Source: Tubiluchus corallicola (Eukaryota; Animalia; Priapulida). Taken from it: a stretch of 13,431 nt of DNA. Below the pieces are notes generated by a model. That model was not told where the DNA came from. It ran no database searches and saw only the letters and a program-made list of their open reading frames with translations. The stretch covers positions 1-13,431 of the forward strand of contig JAQGDQ010002141.1 of NCBI GenBank assembly GCA_030141605.1, in the 5' to 3' direction. Below, piece after piece: positions 8,398 to 13,431 of this stretch. The translations under genes were made by a program, and so were the position numbers. Numbering within the stretch: the stretch's first letter is position 1; each line of letters opens with the position of its first letter.

Positions 8398-9223
8398 TTT
8401 ACAGTCATAGTTTCAAATCAATTATAAAATAGGTTACGCATAACAAAGTGTGAATTCAGAACGACTATGCTGTGTTTCTCTATGCTATATGTACCTACTA
8501 GAATTCATACGCTAGCTAACTCTGTGGTTATGAAAATTGTTATATTAGAACTTGAACTTACAGCCTGCAATTATAATCACGAGAGAAACGTTAATCTGAT
8601 CACATCTTGACTTAGCAATAATCAATAACTCGTTTTTAAAGCTTCTAATCACAAAAGAATGAAGCCACCGCTAAACGCTTTCTATAGAGGCAAAAGCAGA
8701 AACCAGACAATCGTTCCCAGCTTTTAAATCGCGAGTGAAGAGCATACTCAACCAGGCATATTCAGATGAAATCTTCAGCGATGACAATGTGTTTTGCCGC
8801 TTAGCCGATTTATTCATTGACTGTCTGGGGGAGACAAAAACATAAAAAAGTTTGCAACAACTTACAACGAACGAAGTCTGAAACCATAAAATCGCAATTA
8901 TATACTAAAAACACTAATTATAAAAACATGAACTTACAATTTACAAAATTAAGAAAATAAACTAGTTAAAATACTTACACAAATTACATAGATTAAAAGT
9001 ACGTTAAAGTTCTATTCTATTGGCTAAAATTTTTAAGCATGAAAAACATCACTACTGTAAATTGCTTGTTTTAGGAAACCATTAGAAGAATTTAAAACAC
9101 GACACGACTTCTAAAATTATGTACATTTAGGCTAAATAACTTTAAAATGAGTAATATCATTTTCGACATTATATGAGTACTTTTGGTGCTCCTGGATATT
9201 CGACCAAGCTAAACACTCTTTAA

Positions 9224-9683
9224 CCCTTTTAGTCCCAAATTATTTTTTTAATAAGAAAAAAAAATTTGGCTTGGTACTTTTGTTCAGTATGTACATCTTG
9301 TTTACACATAATAATTATTTTTTTCTACCTGTGCCCGCGTGCTAAATATAGCCTGTATCCCACGGGATACATTGGCATTCAATGGAAGCATAAAATATGC
9401 TTCATTTTGCAACTACTGATAATTTTTTAAAGTATTTAAGACATTTAGTATGCACGCTATGCTGATCTGTACAAAGTCATCTCTAAAGTACTGTACCTTG
9501 CGCAGTTTTTTATGCTATGTAGATTTTCTAGTTTGCCATTTTATCGCCATTTTTAGTCTATTGTCATTGGTTTAAATCAAAATAACTATTAACAGATCAA
9601 ATAACTGTCAGTTTTAAAATTTTATTAATTTTAAAGGCAGAAAATATTCTCGTATCCCACGGGATACAACGGGTATGAAAGGG
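9224..9683. mobile_element. piggyBac-like non-autonomous element (MITE), 460 bp
   Basis: TTAA at 9220-9223 and 9684-9687; termini CCCTTT...AAAGGG (13-bp TIR, 10/13 match); palindrome GTATCCC-AC-GGGATAC at 9355 and 9652. Confidence 0.8.
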
Positions 9684-10113
9684 TTAATACCTTAACACTA
9701 ACCACCAACCTAAGTAATAAAATTCTTTGCTGCGATTTTTAAAATGAAATAATTTAAATCGCAAGAAATGCTTTTTTAATTCGAGGCACTTAAGATGAAC
9801 ATTTAATAACAACGTCTTTGCTGCAGGCCTGCATTAAAATCATTCCATTAAAAATCAGTAAGCGTTTTACAACAACACATAGCACATTAAAAATCTATTT
9901 TAGACAAGTTGATAAACCTGTATACGTTACTGTCATTACGGACAACTGCAAGGACACCAGTAGCAGTCTAAGGTACTTGATAAGTAATTAAGTTTGAATC
10001 TCAACTGTTGCCAAAATTACGTTATTAAAGCAAAATCGGACACAAACTTAAACTTAGATGACGCCAGAATGCGACTAAGTCTTAGAAATTTTGTTCAATT
10101 AGGACTCTTCCTC

Positions 10114-10190
10114 GTCACCACTTGTGTCTAGTGTTCATGGTACTGAACTTGTAATCTAAAAGTTCCTGGTTCAATTCTAATGCTTGCCCA
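10114..10190 (+). pseudogene. tRNA-derived sequence (TGT anticodon, Thr-like), degenerate
   Basis: A-box-like TGTCTAGTGTT, anticodon loop CTTGTAA and B-box-like GGTTCAATTC at tRNA spacing; stems are broken. Confidence 0.55.
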
Positions 10191-10356
10191 TTTGTTATTT
10201 TCAGGCATGTTTTGTTGAAAAATCAATTATTGTAGGTCATATCATTTTCAGTCTTGTTAATACAAAAGCTATCCGTAGATAGCGCTAGCATGCGAGTAAG
10301 TCATAGAAATTTTGTCTTGGTGATTGAACGAATAAAGTTCAATAAAGACTCTTCCT

Positions 10357-10434
10357 GGTCACCACTTGTGCCTAGTGTTCAAGGTACTGAACTTGTAATC
10401 TAAAGGTTCCTGGTTCAATTTTAATGCTTGCACA
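10357..10434 (+). pseudogene. tRNA-derived sequence, second copy
   Basis: D-arm GTGCCT/AGGTAC pairs, CTTGTAA loop and GGTTCAATT box are present; T-stem and acceptor stem are broken. Confidence 0.55.
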
Positions 10435-10705
10435 TTTGTTATTTTCAGGTATTTTTATGTTTAAAAATCAATAATTATAGGTCATATCATGTTCAGTCTT
10501 TTTAATACAAAAGCTGTCCGTAGATGGCGCTAGCATGCGACAAAGTCTTGGTGGTATAGGATCTTCATTATTTTTTTTATTTTATTTTTTACAACTTTAT
10601 TCTTTCTTCTTTTTTTAATCTCCAGAAATGAAAAAATGTTCATATTATTGTTAAACGATGTTTCAAATTATTATAATATTAATAAAGCCAATATGACTGT
10701 GAGCT

Positions 10706-13424
10706 ATGGCGATGTTACAATGTAAGACATGTAATAATCGTTACGGCTTGCTAAATTTTGTCCAACAACTTTAAAAATTTGATTCTTCTGATTTTTTAAA
10801 TCCATAGGTCATTTTCGAACATCGCGTAATCAATTATTTGACTAAATAATGGAAACGTATAATTCCATAATTCATTTCTATTTGTCGAGAAGTTTCTGAA
10901 ACTTAACGAAATTTTTTGAATACAATAACTTCTCATTCAACTTAATGTTAACCTTGCTATTGGTTTTACTGCTTCATATTAGCCTGTATTATTCTGGTTT
11001 TGCACAGCTGTTAAGTACTATACTATAAAATAAAATTCTGACCTTGTACTTCGTCATTTCCTTGCTATCAGTGCTCTTAACCACCTGTCTATTAATATCT
11101 TGTAAATTGCTAAAATCTCGTGGAAATCATGATTTTTTTTCTCTTACTGTGTTTGTATTAAACTTAATAGTTTTGGTTGTGCAGTAGAAGTGAATGAATT
11201 TGTCGTTATTATTGTGGTCGCCACATTTTACATGATTTTTGAGTTGTTTGGTAATGAATATTTTTTATGTTCATGATTAAGTACTGCAGAACAGAAAGAC
11301 AGACAAATGCAATTATAATAAAAACACTAAAATGTAAGAGTTATGCATATTTTACAAACAGAATACAAAGCTCTTTTAATTACAGCAGTTCTTACTAAAT
11401 AATGTAATATGGTCATTTAGTTTTTCATTTGATCAAATTAACATTCATTTTTTCTGTCTGGGCGTTAAAATTAAAACGAAATTGAAGTTTTCGATACCAT
11501 CCATCGTATGAAAAGTTTAATCTGTGGGCAAAATACTTGACTTCATTAACAACTGGTGATAAGGTCATCGTTATTTGAATAAATATATACATTAAACAAT
11601 TATATACAGTTAACAAAGGCAAAAAAATGACAAAAATATCAAATTCCGTTTTCGAAGAACAGGTGTGCGCTCGGGTTGTACATTGCCCTCCATTTTGCCA
11701 GTCTGTAACACAATTTGAAACACAACATTGATGGTGTTGTACATATTAATGCATATGTTGTTAATATTATGCATTGTAATAAATTATTATGATAAAAATT
11801 TTAAATGAAACGTACATATACTTTTCATCCTTTAGATCTTGGAACACGTACTTGTATATTGCTCGATCGTCAAGCCAAAAGTTTTGCTTCTTTGGCCGTC
11901 CATGCACAGCACTTAGAGTCTCAATAGCTTTGTTTAAAATGAAAAGAAAAAAACTATTCACGAAGATGTGTATGAACCTATCTTAACACAATAATTTATT
12001 TAATTACTCATTCGTTTATTCACTGCCACACACATCAAACACAAACGCAAAAAAGAGGTTGCAATTACACAAGAACATCATAAAACCATACAAGACAGTA
12101 TTTTTGACGGACATGTATAAGATGTGTGTGGCAGTGAATAAACGAATGAGTAATTAAATAAATTATTGTGTTAAGATAGGTTCATACACATCTTCGTGAA
12201 TAGTTTTTTTCTTTTCATTTTAAACAAAGCTATTGAGACTCTAAGTGCTGTGCATGGACGGCCAAAGAAGCAAAACTTTTGGCTTGACGATCGAGCAATA
12301 TACAAGTACGTGTTCCAAGATCTGAAGGATGAAAAGTATATGTACGTTTCATTTAAAATTTTTATCATAATAATTTATTACAATGCATAATATTAACAAC
12401 ATATGCATTAATATGTACAACACCATCAATGTTGTGTTTCAAATTGTGTTACAGACTGGCAAAATGGAGGGCAATGTACAACCCGAGCGCACACCTGTTC
12501 TTCGAAAACGGAATTTGATATTTTTTGTCATTTTTTTGCCTTTGTTAACTGTATATAATTTGTTAATGTATATATTTATTCAAATAACAATGACATTATT
12601 ACCAGTTAATCAAGTCAAGTATTTTGTCCAGATATTGCACTTTTCGTACGATGGATGATATCGAAAACTTTAATTTCGTTTTAATTTTAACCAGACAGAA
12701 AAAATGAATGTTAATTTGACCATATTACATTATTTAGTAACAACTGCTGTAATTAAAAGAGCTTTGTATTCTGTTTGTAAAATATGCATAACTCTTACAT
12801 TTTAGTGTTTTGATTATAATTGCATTTGTCTGTCTTTCTGTTCTGCAGTACTTAATCATGAACATAAAAAATATTCATTACCAAACAACTCAAAAATCAT
12901 GTAAAATGTGGCCACCACAATAATAACGACAAATTCATTCACTTCTACTGCACAACCAAAACTATTAAGTTTAATACAAACACAGTAAGAGAAAAAATCA
13001 TGATTTCCACGAGATTTTAGCAATTTACAAGATATTAATAGACAGGTGGTTAAGAGCACTGATAGCAAGGAAATGACCAAGTACAAGGTCAGAATTTTAT
13101 TTTATAGTATAGTACTTAACAGCTGTGCAAAACCAGAATAATACAGGCTAATATGAAGCAGTAAAACCAATAGCAAGGTTAACATTAAGTTGAATGAGAA
13201 GTTATTGTATTCAAAAAATTTCGTTAAGTTTCAGAAACTTCTCGACAAATAGAAATGAATTATGGAATTATACGTTTTCATTATTTAGTCAAATAATTGA
13301 ATACGCGATGTTCGGAAATGACCTATGGATTTAAAAAATTAGAAGAATCAAATTTTTAAAGTTGTTGGACAAAATTTAGCAAGCCGTAACGATTATTACA
13401 TGTCTTACATTGTAACATCGCCAT
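10706..13424. repeat. Long inverted repeat / foldback: arms 10706-12036 and 12121-13424, 84-bp spacer
   Basis: The arms are reverse complements, shown by mirrored identical ORFs (11767-11961/12196-12390 and 11789-11986/12171-12368). There are a few indels, the largest being 20 bp missing from the right arm. Confidence 0.97.
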
Positions 13425-13431
13425 GCGCTCT

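Larger units (their letters stand above)
10055..10549. repeat. Diverged tandem duplication, about 221-245 bp unit, about 2.1 copies
   Basis: TAGATG(G)CGCTAGCATGCGA-like anchor at 10055, 10276 and 10521; GACTCTTCC at 10103 and 10347. Confidence 0.9.

Noticed and set aside
9918-9983. Minus-strand hydrophobic stretch IKYLRLLLVSLQLSVMTVTYT resembling a signal peptide
   Set aside because: There is no ATG ahead of the hydrophobic core (ATC instead), an in-frame stop lies just upstream and the donor is weak.
11425-13086. Short ORFs in the inverted-repeat arms
   Set aside because: They are mirrored because of the palindrome, AT-rich, disrupted by indels between arms and carry no known motif.

Overview
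AT-rich, repeat-dense animal genomic DNA (the 5S sequence type suggests an invertebrate, possibly a lophotrochozoan; this is inference). There is no long protein-coding gene, and nearly all listed ORFs are by-products of repeats. From left to right: (1) a (TAA)n microsatellite holding four minus-strand non-autonomous Helitrons of about 0.8 kb (TC...hairpin-CTAG). Three are head-to-tail; the fourth has a decayed 3' end and appears to extend through a CACCA minisatellite to a second hairpin-CTAG end. (2) A candidate small spliced minus-strand gene with a signal-peptide-like exon (best model 36 aa). (3) Two convergent copies of a SINE made of a full 5S rRNA head plus an RTE-like body, each with its own target-site duplication (TSD). 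The 3' end, TSD and flank of one copy are amplified into a 7 x 74 bp array. (4) A 17-bp minisatellite. (5) A TTAA-flanked piggyBac-like MITE. (6) A tandem duplication with tRNA-derived heads. (7) A foldback inverted repeat with 1.3-kb arms and an 84-bp spacer that runs to the window edge. Family assignments rest on structural hallmarks and recalled consensus motifs, not on database searches.
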